DNA of 64,000 nucleotides, taken from contig CM082593.2 of NCBI GenBank assembly GCA_040954595.2, positions 3,675,434 to 3,739,433 of the forward strand. Reading direction: 5' to 3'. The stretch comes from Balanoglossus misakiensis (taxonomy: Eukaryota; Animalia; Hemichordata). A model generated the notes under the pieces. It was not told where the DNA came from, did not search any database, and worked only from the letters and a program-made list of their open reading frames with translations. A program made the position numbers and the translations under genes. Shown in pieces: positions 24,201 to 36,200 of the stretch (the stretch's first letter is position 1; the number at the start of each line of letters is the position of its first letter).

Positions 24201-27200
24201 GACGAGTACGACTTACTCTTGCTGCATGTCGGACCCGAGTACACGGGCGTGCATCTACATCGGAAGCCATCAACCTTGTCAATGCACGTGCCGCCATTCT
24301 CGCACGGGTCACTCTCGCACTCATTAATGTCTTCCTCGCAGTGTTCGCCGTCATAACCGTCCGCGCACTCGCATTCGTAACTGCCGTACGTATTGTGACA
24401 CGTGGCTGCATTTTCACATGGGTAGTCATTGCACTCATTGACATCTTCATCGCATGTCGGTCCAGTGAAACCTGTGAACAAAGTATTTCACCGAAATCAG
24501 CATATAATTTGACCCTAAATTTCCCCTCTAAATCGACCCTTAAGTATTTCCATCTGTGGGTGGTTCATTTAGATCACTGCCTACATTTTATCAAATTGTG
24601 ATATTTCTTCCAATATTGCCATTATGTTGGATCATTTTAATGTGTTGAAAGTAGATATAAATAAATTAGATTTTACTTACCGAGTGCACATTCACATATA
24701 AATGAGTTGTGTCCATCAGTACAGGTTGCGCCATTCTTGCAGGGATCATTTTCACAATCATCAATGTCCTCCTCACAGTATGGACCAGTCCAACCTGGGG
24801 CGCAACTGCCAACAAAAACATATCAGGAGTTAAGTTAAGAGGGAAAAGAGATTTGGATTTGATTTGAATCAACTATGGGTCTCAGCAAAGGAGGTGTGTT
24901 CCAGTTGATAAAGTATAATTACGAAAATTGTCATATACTTGTAAATCGGGACTTACTTGCATTCGTATCCATCAACAATAGTACTGCAGGTGCCGTCATT
25001 TTGGCATGGGTCCGATGAACAATAATCTTCTAAGTTTTCGCAGTCAGTTCCACTGAATCCCTCCTGACAATCACACTCGTAGCCATTGACCAAGTCAATG
25101 CAGGTGCCATTGTTCTGACATGGCTCAGACACACAGTCATCCATGTCAATCTGAATAAAAAACCCTCAGTAATTTAATTAAATCTGAATGTAATAATTCC
25201 AACATAAATGTACTTGAAAGTAGCCGAAATGTTGTCCAGTTTGAATTCAATTGACAATTTTGTACTTGTCAATCCAGAATAAACCGAAAAATGTGAGAAA
25301 ATTACAAATAATATAATATTTGAGATGAAACTTCGGTTCAGAAGTGGTCGGTTACTGACCTCACAGAAGTATCCGGTGTAGCCGTCTGGACAGGTGCACA
25401 TGAATTTCTTGCAGGAACATGGACCTGGGGGAGCTGGCAGTGCTGTGCATACACCACCATTCTTGCATTCATTGGGATCACATGGGTCATCGTCTTCTAG
25501 TTCACAATGGTCACCTAGAAACAAAACAGAAAGTTATGTTAGTACTAGCATAGATTGAAAGTGTCATGTGAATACAATGTAGATGAGTGTTGTCACATAT
25601 ACATGTACACACTGAAGATGCCAGTGGGTTGTGTGTGTGTGTAATGTGGTCTGTGTGTCTTTTGTGTTACATCATACCTGTATATCCATCTTCACAGATG
25701 CACTCATAACTGTTGTCGCCATCTCTGCAAGTGCCACCATTTTGGCACACCACGTCCTTGCAGTCGTCATCGTCAATCTGGCAGTGTCGGCCGCTGTAGC
25801 CCGTCGGACAGCCGCAGGTGTACCTATTGTTGCCGTCGATGCATGTGCCACCATTCTCACATGGATCTGGGTCACAGTCATCTGTAGAGGAATATTCAAC
25901 AAGTGGGGTGAACAAATATGAATGATCATCAAAAAATATTTTGGCCGCCGTAGTATAGAATAATGATGTCATAGTTCTTGCGTGATTCTCGTCTAAAATC
26001 CTGGTAAAGTGACAACTTCATGACCTTACCTATGGGAGTTTCACAGTATTTTCCAGTGTAATCTGGTTGACAATAGCAATCCACATCGTTGATCCCGTCC
26101 ACGCAAACTCCGCCATTCTCACACGGGTCACTCTCGCAGTCGTCGATCTTCTCCTCGCAGCGGTCGCCACGGTAATCAGGCGGGCACTCGCAAATGTAGC
26201 CATCTTCATGGTCGTCCGCCACCACGCATGTGCCGTTGTTCAGGCAGGGGTCCCTGTTGCAGGGGTCGTGGACTATCTCACACTGGTCGCCGCAGTAGTC
26301 GGGCGGGCAGATACAATAGTAGGACTCGTCCGTGTCAACGCAGGTGCCCCCGTGCAGACAAGGATCACTGGAGCAGCTGTAGCTCTTCTCACACCGCACA
26401 CTGTTACAGGCATTAAAAATATAGCGTCAGCGACACTGTAGCTCCCATAAAACATTCACATAGCACAAATGTCTCACTTAAACCACCGAAACCAATGTAT
26501 GGCTGAAGAATCCGAATACTTACCCATAGTACTGTGGTGGACATTCACAGATGAATGTGTGAGGACAGGATCCAGAATGACAGGTGCCTCCATTCAAACA
26601 AGGCTCAAAATAGCAGGCATCTGAAACGTCAAAAGTTCAGTATTTGTGATTATGTAATTTTTACAGTGACTTAACATTTTTAACGCAGCCACTAGCATCA
26701 ACATGAACTACAGTTGAGAAGGAATCGACCAAACATTTGAACACTGACCGACGCAATCATCTGCACTAGTGGATCCTTTTCCAAGTGTCGTCTTATTGTC
26801 TTCACATGGCTTGCATCGTCGCTTGCCCTGTTCGTCTTGATAGAAGCCATGCTCACACGGACGGCATGGCTGCAGTCCGGTCCTGGAGTGGTAGCCCGGT
26901 GGACAGTAAGCTGTAGAAGTGACCAATTCGCATTGACACATCAGTCATGTGATGTAACGGTCATGTGGCCAATATGAGACAGATTTCAGTGACCACGTCA
27001 TAGAATAACAAGGAAAACTTACCACTACAGTCATTGGAACCTGGATGACTGAACAGCCCATCCTCACAGGGCTGACAAGCCATGTTTCCATATCCTGCCG
27101 CGAAATAATTGGCCGAGCAGATGTCACATGGTAGCATTCCATCCAGAGAGTAGTATCCATGGCGACAAAGAGCTGAGCAGAGAATACAAAAAAAATCTCA

Positions 27201-30200
27201 GATAAACTTGTTCAGAAACTGTCTTAATCTGAACAAACTTTCTTTATAATAAATTGTATCCAAACTGCATCGTGATGGTGATGGAACTTACGAATGCATC
27301 TGTCGTGGTGTTTAGTTCCCTCATGCCTTGTGGAGTGGTGTTCCGGACATGACTTGCACGACCTCTTGCCAGCTTCATCTTGATAGTAACCAACGGGACA
27401 GCTGACACACTCGCCGTCCTTTTCATACGTTCCACGAGTACACTTCACTAAAATAACGTCAAAACAAACAAATCAGTTTTTAACATATTACCCAATGTAG
27501 GCACCACCAAAAATTGTATTAAAGTGGAGCTTAATTAAAGGAAAATACAGTATTCTCCAATGGGTAAATACCAATGGAGAGTGACTGAAAACAACACTCA
27601 CAGCAAGCGCAGTCCTTCATGGTGTATCCCCGTGGACAGTGACAGCCACTCTCTATCAGCTTGAATTCCGTCTCCTGGGTGACGTCGGGACAGTACTCCC
27701 ACAGATTGGATTCCTCGGCAACGACGAGATCCTTGTTCTGCCAGTCTCCTACTTTCTCGGCTACACTGTCTCTGCACTCCCTCAGCTCGGTGCAGTCCAG
27801 CTGAGTTCTGTCACCAGTGACCACCAACGTGAAACGGATGTTGACGGTATACTATAAAGAAAAACATAAGGTACATGCATACCAATTTTCAAATCTATCT
27901 GACCTTTAGTTGTTGAGTTTCTTAATGTTGACCAATTTCACAAGTGTTCGATGTCGACGGACATACAGACCTGCTCTTTGTTAGTTTTTAACTTGGTTTA
28001 TACTGAAGTACTGTACATGTAAATGTAACACAATTTTTCATTGGGTGGTAACTCTTTCTGATACTGACTCAAAAGCAACACACATTTTCATTGGCTACTC
28101 ACTCTATCTTTGAGGTCAGGGCAAATACACGCTGGTTCATCACATTCTTCAGAGTTGCGCGAGCCCCGGCCCCTCCTTTTGGAGTTTCCACTGCATTCAT
28201 TGCTCTTCGTAGACTTCTTTTTCTCTCCACTCTCAACATCACAGTAACATTCGCATTCCTCACTGCTTGCTCTGGAGTTCCTGCTCGCTCTGGAATTTCT
28301 CCCGCGGCTGGTCGCGTAAAACCCGCATACCCGTCCGCTGTTGTTCTCTTGGCTTGAACGGCGGCTTGACTTACGGTCAGCTGATGCTGAAGATCGGGAA
28401 CCACTTTCCCGCTCCCGGCATTTGGGGCGTTCATCTTCTCCTGAACAACTTCTTCCTCTGCCGTTATTCCCGGACGCCCTGCTGTTACGGTTTGAATTGC
28501 CATTGCCGTTGTTGGAACATTCATTTGAACGGCTGTTAGTGTTACTACTACGGCTGCCAGTGCGGCTTCCAGTGTCATCTTCGTTACTGCTACTTCTTGT
28601 GTCGCTGTCATCGTCTTCTGAACACCTGCTTCCTCTGCCGTTATTCCCGGACGCCCTGCTGTTACGGTTTGAATTGCCTCTGCCACTGTTGGAGCATTCA
28701 TTTGAACGGCTGTTACTACTACGGCTGCCAGTGCGGCTTCCGGTGTCACTGCTACTTCTTGTGTCGCTGTCGTCTTCCTCTGAACAACTTCTTCCCCTGC
28801 CGTTATTCCCGGACGCCCTGCTGTTACGGTTTGAATTACCTCTGCCATTATTTCCAGAAGCCCTGCTGTTTCGATGTGAATTGCTACCTCTGCTGTTGGA
28901 ACAGCCACTTCTGCTACCGCTGCTGCTACTGCGCCCTCCGCAATCGCACCGTCTTCCGGATTCCCGACTGCTGCTTCCTCCGCTGCTACTTTCCGTATCC
29001 CGACTCTCGGTGCTGCTCCTGGTTCCTGAACAGTCGCAGTCATTGCTTCCAGTTCTTGTGTTCCTTCCACTTCTTTCCTCCCCACTTTCTGAACAGTCGC
29101 AGTCGTCTCTGGATGCCGTGTTTTCCCGACTACCAGTGCTTTCCCGACTTTTTCCTCTTTCCTGGCTTGCCCGACTATTTCTGCTATTTCTGCTATTGCG
29201 ACTATTCCTGCTATTGCGACTATTCCTGCTATTCCGACTATTTCTGCTATTCCGACTATTCCTGCTATCCCGACTCCCCGTGCTTTCCCGACTTCCCGTG
29301 CTTTCCCGACTTCCTGAACTCTCCCGGCTCTCTGTACTCCCACTTTCTGGCACCGTTGGCTAAATATAACAAGAAAACACAGAAATTCACAGAATTCAAA
29401 TCATGCACCATTTACAATTTCATTTCTCACACTGTACATTGTATGAGGCGTACTTGGTGTACACATCTCACCATGCCCATATAAGTTGATATTTTGAACA
29501 TTAAAATCTATATTTATACCTCTTCTATTTTGACAACTTCCACAACAACACGAAGGTCGACATTCTCTTTAATGTCATCACTACAGTCTTCTAGCAAATC
29601 TGCCTCGTCGATGACCCTCTGTATCAGTTCGTTGTACACTGCCATGCAGTCCTCTCCAATTTCACAATCGGCAGAGTAGTTGGCAGACACTACGACTCCA
29701 CAGTCTGGGACCTCATACGCTGAAGCGAAGGGTAACAGAACAAGTTTCATCAGGTTGAAAGGATAATTGAAAGACAGAACTCTCAATATATTGAAAACAA
29801 AGGATGATAAAGTCTTTGGTAAAGTTTAATACAATTAAGCATATTTCGATCGACAAAATTATTTATGTGAACGTACGTGCACATCCAGGCACTCGGTTGT
29901 TAGGCAGCCATCCATTGACATCAGAGCAGACATAACTGTTTGATCCTGGGATCAGCTCCGGCAATGGCTGCACAAAACCATAGCCTTCCTGGCAGCCCAC
30001 ATTGCAGGAGAAGCCACCTCCAATTGGAGCGGCACAGGTGATGTCTCCATGTGGGGGCAGCATCAATGACCATTCTGGGCAGCCCTTCACTGAAATTACA
30101 GAAGTAATAACTTCAACTCATCTGTATTAGACTTTCTGATTGGTTATTGAGCCGTGTCATGTCAGCAAGGTGGAGTTTAAATCTAATTGGCCGAGTGACA

Positions 30201-33200
30201 TTCAACTGATAATAAAAGCAAAATTTATGATAAGAGAGGTACATTTTTTCAATTACAAGTTTGCGTTTAGATTAATAGTGAAGGCTGAGAGTATTCAATG
30301 CAGCTTCTGAAGCCATCAAATTGTCAGGTGCCTGTTCAAGGCGTGGCCTGGTCAAATACAAGACAGTAGCTGAGTTTTGACTTACGAACAACGATGAGAC
30401 CGAACCAGCATTCACCGACGTTTCCTGCTTCATCATAGGCGGCCACCCGGACTGAAATATACTGGAAAGTCCAGAGGACCAGTGTCTCTTGTATGTACTC
30501 AACACGGACCACTCCGACGTTATCAGTAGCCGTCACTGAATCCAAATAAGTCTGCAAAGTGACATTGACTGATTGCTCTTCTGTCTCTATGACGACCACC
30601 GCTGGACATTCGATCTCTGGAGGTTCAACATCTGTTGGAGAAGTAGCTTTCTGTGATTATCATGTATTATCCTTCTGTCTGCTGTCTGTCTCCGTTTACA
30701 AGCCAATTCAGGTTTCCATCACTTAACGAATGTTTAACTTGAAATCCAAATCTATTTCTAACAGAAGTGAATGAAAAAGAAACAAAACATCTATTCAGAA
30801 AGACAAATTCTTACCAACACATGTAGGGACCTCTCCACTCCAGTACGGTTGCGGAACGACCACATCTTCAATCGTGATGTCTTTCAGGCAGTCAAAGGAT
30901 GCCAGTGTGATGCCCAGAGATACGTAAATGGTACTGCTAGGATCAATTACTATAGTGATTTCTGTCGGGATGGTGCCATTCGCAATGGAGGTGACAAGGG
31001 CAGTATAGCTGTGGCCTGCTGCCAGGTAGAAGGACAGCCAGCTGGGAACGTCTGCATCGAAACATGCTGTGACCTCTTCCCATGCATCAGGCGTCACGCC
31101 CATGGGGATGTCGACGCGCACGCCTTGCCTGATGGAGTAGTCGTACTGGATGTAATGCACCTGGATGGAGTTCAGGCGATCTTGTACCTCGCCGGTCATC
31201 TCCAGGCCGAGCATGTACAGAATCCGGCAAATGCAGAAGTCCACGTCTCGAATCTGCACCTCCAGATGCTTGAGGTCAGCAGGACCGCTGACCAATGCGA
31301 GGAACTCGGTCATCAGGGCACCGTCCAGGGCGTCGACGATGTCAGCGTACAGGGCTGGAAAGTCGATGGCGTCGATGAAAGTCACCCTGATCTCCCGCAC
31401 GCAGTCGTTGACGACGAGGCCGTAGGATTCTACGACCTGAACGAGACCTTGGCTGCCGTATTTGAGGGTGTACGCAAACCGGTGCAGGTCTTCGGGTCCC
31501 GAGTAGAAAGCTGAGATTCCGGCTAAGATCGCGTCATCAAAGCAGGTCCTGATGTTCATGTCCAGAGCTACAAAGTCGATGTGCCACTCAGGTTTGAATG
31601 GAAGGTAAAGGATGCCGTCTCCAATGTCGGGGCCACTGCCTTCATCCCCACCATCGTTGTCGCCATTGTCGTATTTGACGTACGTCACTTCGATTAAAGT
31701 CAGGCAATCCAGTACGTCAGTCGGCACAGTTACAGTTACGCCCAGCAAGGATGGAATTTGGCAGACGCAGAAGTCTTCTGTCCTAATGTACGATTCATAC
31801 GGCTTGAGATCGGCAGGACTGGTGACATAACCATCGAACGCTACCAGAAGTGTGGTATCTAGGCAACCTCTGACGCCGTCATACAAAGCTGTGTAGTCGA
31901 TCTCGTCAATGTACGTCACGGTGATCTCCCGGACACAGTCATTGACGCCTAGGCCGAACGACTGCAAGATCTGAATCACAGCCTGGCTTCCTTGTCGGAG
32001 AGTGTCGGCGAAACGGTGGAGGTCGTCGGGTCCGGAGTAGAGGAAACTAATACCAGCCAACTGCCATCCATCATAGCAGTACCTTATGTCCATGTCCAGG
32101 GCTACGAAGTCAATACGCCACTCAATCTCTGTACCGCCGTCACCAGTGCCGGGATCACCATCTCCGGGGTCCGGATCACCACCACCTTCTCCGGGGTCCG
32201 GATCTCCACCACCGCCATTGTCACCACCGCCATTGTCACCACCGTGATGTTCCTCGTATGTGGTGTACGTGACTTGGACACCATCCAGACAGGTATTCAC
32301 GTCACCTGGCAGTGCTACGTTATAACCGAGCAGGGTCGGAAGCTGGCAGATGCAGAAGTCTTCCTGTCTGAAGTTACTTTCATACTGCACCAGATCAGCA
32401 GGGCCCGAGATGGCACTATTAAACAAGGTCGACAATGTGCTATCCAGGCATCCTTTGATGTCGTCGTACAACACCACGTAGTTGACCTCATCGACATATG
32501 TGATTGTGATCTGTTGCACGCACTCATTGGTACTTAAGCCAAACGCTTGCAGTAACTGAATAATGGTCTGGCTCCCGCTTTTGAGCGCGTCGCCGAAAGG
32601 TTGCAGGTCTTCAGGTCCAGAGTATACAGCTGAAATGGTCCCCAAGGTGAGACTATCATAGCAGTTCCTGATTGCCAAATCCAGAGATACAAAATCAATG
32701 CGCCACTCGATTTCAATACCACCATCACCACCACCATCACCTCCGCCACCTCCAGTTGAATATTCAATACCATCCAGACAAGCTTCAATTTCTGTGCTGA
32801 ACTGATCTGCGGAATCGGCGATCAAAACTGCCAAGAATCCCTCTGCGTCCATTGTGCCCTCTGTGAATTGGTTCAAAGAGTCTGCATATACAGAAGGAAT
32901 TGTGAAAGTACTCCCCTCAGGGTAGCCCTGACACACGTTGATAGCATTCAGTAGAGCCACTTTTTCAGGTGGAAGAGTGATCGCTTCGTCCGCCATTATA
33001 CCTTCGACGTCTATCGCGCCAACGCAAGCCTGCTCCTCCTCGGTCAAGGCGTCAAGAGCATCATTCGCTAAAGCATCGACAAACGCCCTTACTTCGTTGA
33101 CGTCACCATTTGGGTTACTTATAATGACGTTGTATTCAGCGTCGTACCCGAATGGAAATGAAGACGGAAATGTTACAGTGCCATCTGTTATATCTCCTCC

Positions 33201-36200
33201 CCAACATACCGACACTTCAGCAAGTACCTCAAAGACTTTTGGTGGTACTGTGTGAGCCTGCCTTCTCAATCGCTTGAGACCACCGGTGGAATGGATGCTG
33301 GTCACAGATCGTCTATTCCGAGCTGGATATTCTGTGTTGTGAAAATGACCAAAAAAAAAAAAAGATCATGACCATCGCAATCAACAAAAAGTAAGCATAT
33401 CCACAGAAATCGGTTATCCAGCGACAGACAAACTATAGTGACCAACTGTCAGGCACTCACCGCGTTCGACAGGCATCACATGATAGCCATCCACAGTGCA
33501 CATGATAGACTGGTGGGGTTTGGGGCCGTAGCCTTCTTGGTCACACAAGAAGTGCAGTTGGTTGCCGACATAGTACTTCCCAAACATGCTGTACTGCTGG
33601 CCGTCATCTGGGCTGCCTGGATCTTCACATGTTAACACTGCATGGGGAGCATGAAAAAAATAGTTGATGATTGATTTCTATTGGAAGCGCCATTTTTCTA
33701 CTTACGTTTCCCTTTTTCATAAAACTGGCGTTAGTTTTGATAATCTTATGTATGTAGTATAAGTTGGAAAAATGTTGACTGCGGAGGTTATTTAGAAGAG
33801 GTCAACTTACATTTACAGTAAGGCACTGAGTCACTCCATGAACCATCTTGTTGACAAACTCTCTCTGACAAGCCAATCAGCTCATAGCCAGGATTGCACT
33901 TACAGATGACGCGGTCACCCACACGCATGTCTTCGTAGTAACATTTGGCATGCTCAGGGAGTGATGGGTGGCCACAGGGAATTCCTGAAAATAATATCAA
34001 TGATTATGATTTATGAATCGACGTCGGAAACACACATACATGTACCCCCTCCGGTACACACAAACCAAAATTAAGTGTCGAAGAAAGAGAGTAAGTAGTC
34101 TATGTTCTTACGTTTGCATTCTGGTACAGGACCAGTCCAGCCGTAGCTATGGTAGTCGAGTCTTTGACACACAGACACTGCAGGGCCGTACAAAAGATAC
34201 CCATCGTCGCAGCTGTAACTCACACTACTGAGGTAGCCATAGTTACCGGTACCAGGGTCCGTAGCCACCCAACTTCCATGTTCAATATTCGGTGGGTCGG
34301 TGCATGTTGCCACTGAAGAAAAAATCACAAAAGTTGAAACACATTAATTTACGACCTAGACAGTTTTTTTATTTTATTATTCAATCTCAAAGCATACACT
34401 CAGTTTTTACTTAGACACTGTCTTGACAGGAGCATAGACACTTTCACTGTTACCTTCTATGCTTGGAATTTCAAAGTCAAAAGTTCCGTTGGCTGTGCAT
34501 GTCAGTTTGTATTCGCCAGAGACACTGTAGCTGGTCTGAGTGACGATCTCGAAGAAGAAGTTGTACGGAATGCGCACTGACGATTCTCTGTACTGGCACC
34601 CACAGCCCGGGGCGTAAACGGCAATGCCGAAATTGAAGGTTACGTCCAGGCTGCACATCACAGCTGTAGACAGGGAAGAAAAACACTGACATGAGACCAA
34701 TTGTGCCATAATATATATGGTGCTGCATTAGCTACAATATTTGAAGAACTTTACAGGCAAATTTTTGGAACGCAATTTTTGATGGCCATATGGTGAATTT
34801 CCTCATTTGACGTTACTTACGAACACAGGTTCTGTGCAAAACATAGAGACTGCGGGCATCAGAGCCATCCTCCCCATCAGGCAGAAGGAATCCATTGACG
34901 CCATCCGCATCAAAGAGAGTGTATCCATCATAACAACTGCACACGTAGGAACCATCTCTGTTTTCGCATTCCTGGTTGCACAGGTTCAAGCTGTCGTCGG
35001 AACACTCATCAATATCTATCAGGATGGAAAATATGAATATTTAAAATAATTGTTGATGACAGGTACATTTATTAAATTAATAAATTCATTTTCAGCACGG
35101 TCTTGAGCGGACACTCACCAATGCAAGTGACGGGATCTCCCTCGGGGTGGTGATAACCATCAGGGCAGCTGCAGTCAAAAGTTCCTGGTAGATTGGTGCA
35201 TACTTGCGTTGAATCACAAGGTGCGTTTTCAGTGCACTCGTCAATATCTGGAAAGTGTCAACAAAAAGCCAATACTCATGAGACTTCATATCATATGCAT
35301 AGGCTTTATCACTTAAACATTCTATAGATATCTATAGAATTGTGCAGTCTATTCTATTCATGAGACTTCATATGCATAGGCTTTATCCCTTAAAACATTC
35401 TATAGATATCTTCATCTGCAATCATATGATAGATATTACTGGTACATAATCCACCTCAAGCTTGTGAAATACATGTATATCCTTACCAACACAAGATGTC
35501 AATTCGTTATCCCAGCTGATAGGGCCTGAACAGGTTGACGTGGTAACAGAATCGGATGGCAGTCTGAATCCATCCTTGCAATGAAGGGTCACTGTATCAC
35601 CAACTTGGTAGTCATCTTCGGGGTCCAGATAAGAACTCACTGAATCAAAGAGAGGCTCGATACAGTACGGGCCTGTACAGAGAAATAATAATAAAAATAA
35701 TAATAAAGAATAATTGTAAAGAGCCTAATCATACATGTATGTTAACTGTAAGGCATGGAATAATAAACTTCAGATAAAAACAAAACTATTTCCTTGTGAT
35801 TTTATCTCATTTTTCTAAAAAAATGATAATATCTGAACACTCACTTGAACACCTTGGCGGATCATTGGACCAAGTTCCATCACGTCGACAGAGCGCGATA
35901 CTCCAACCGAGAACAGATTTACCATCATTGCAGCCGTACACAACAACACTGCCAAAAACTGTTGAACCAACTTCTACAATGAAGCCTCCCTCTGGAGCAA
36001 CCGGCTGAGGGCATCCGACAGCTGTAAGAAGAAAACACAGTCAGTGAAACTGACACTTTTGAAGCACGGACTGAAACCGATGGAATGACACACTTTTGTC
36101 CCTCACGTACCTGAGCATTCCTGAATTGGGCCCCATGTGCCGTCGGCTTGACAGGAGATGGTAACTTGTCCAAGATCTGCTCCGTATCCATCAACACATT

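Noticed and set aside
24217-26620. Calling the EGF arrays Notch, Crumbs, fibropellin or SVEP1
   Set aside because: There are no LNR or ankyrin repeats, no Crumbs ERLI tail, no avidin domain, and no vWA domain or long C-terminal sushi array. The CTL-LDLa-CUB3 head plus TM fits Uif.
28099-29484. Long overlapping ORFs across the Ser/Arg exon (414-aa GIAGIV frame on minus; 340-aa and 295-aa frames on plus), suggesting dual coding
   Set aside because: Only the Ser/Arg frame fits the splice phases. Variation among the 9-nt repeats is synonymous in that frame (always SRN) but changes residues in the shifted frames. Repetitive, skewed composition explains the lack of stops.
30795-33305. The 836-aa ORF as an independent intronless, prokaryote-like or horizontally transferred gene nested in an intron
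   Set aside because: It has no ATG start or signal peptide of its own, has in-phase splice sites at both ends, and supplies the missing end of sushi 8. The origin of its internal domains remains open.
33273-33308. The peptide excised between the twin furin sites as a ligand for the neighbouring GPCR
   Set aside because: The spacer sequence is not conserved between paralogs and has no amidation signal or RFamide-like ending. Adjacency alone is not evidence.
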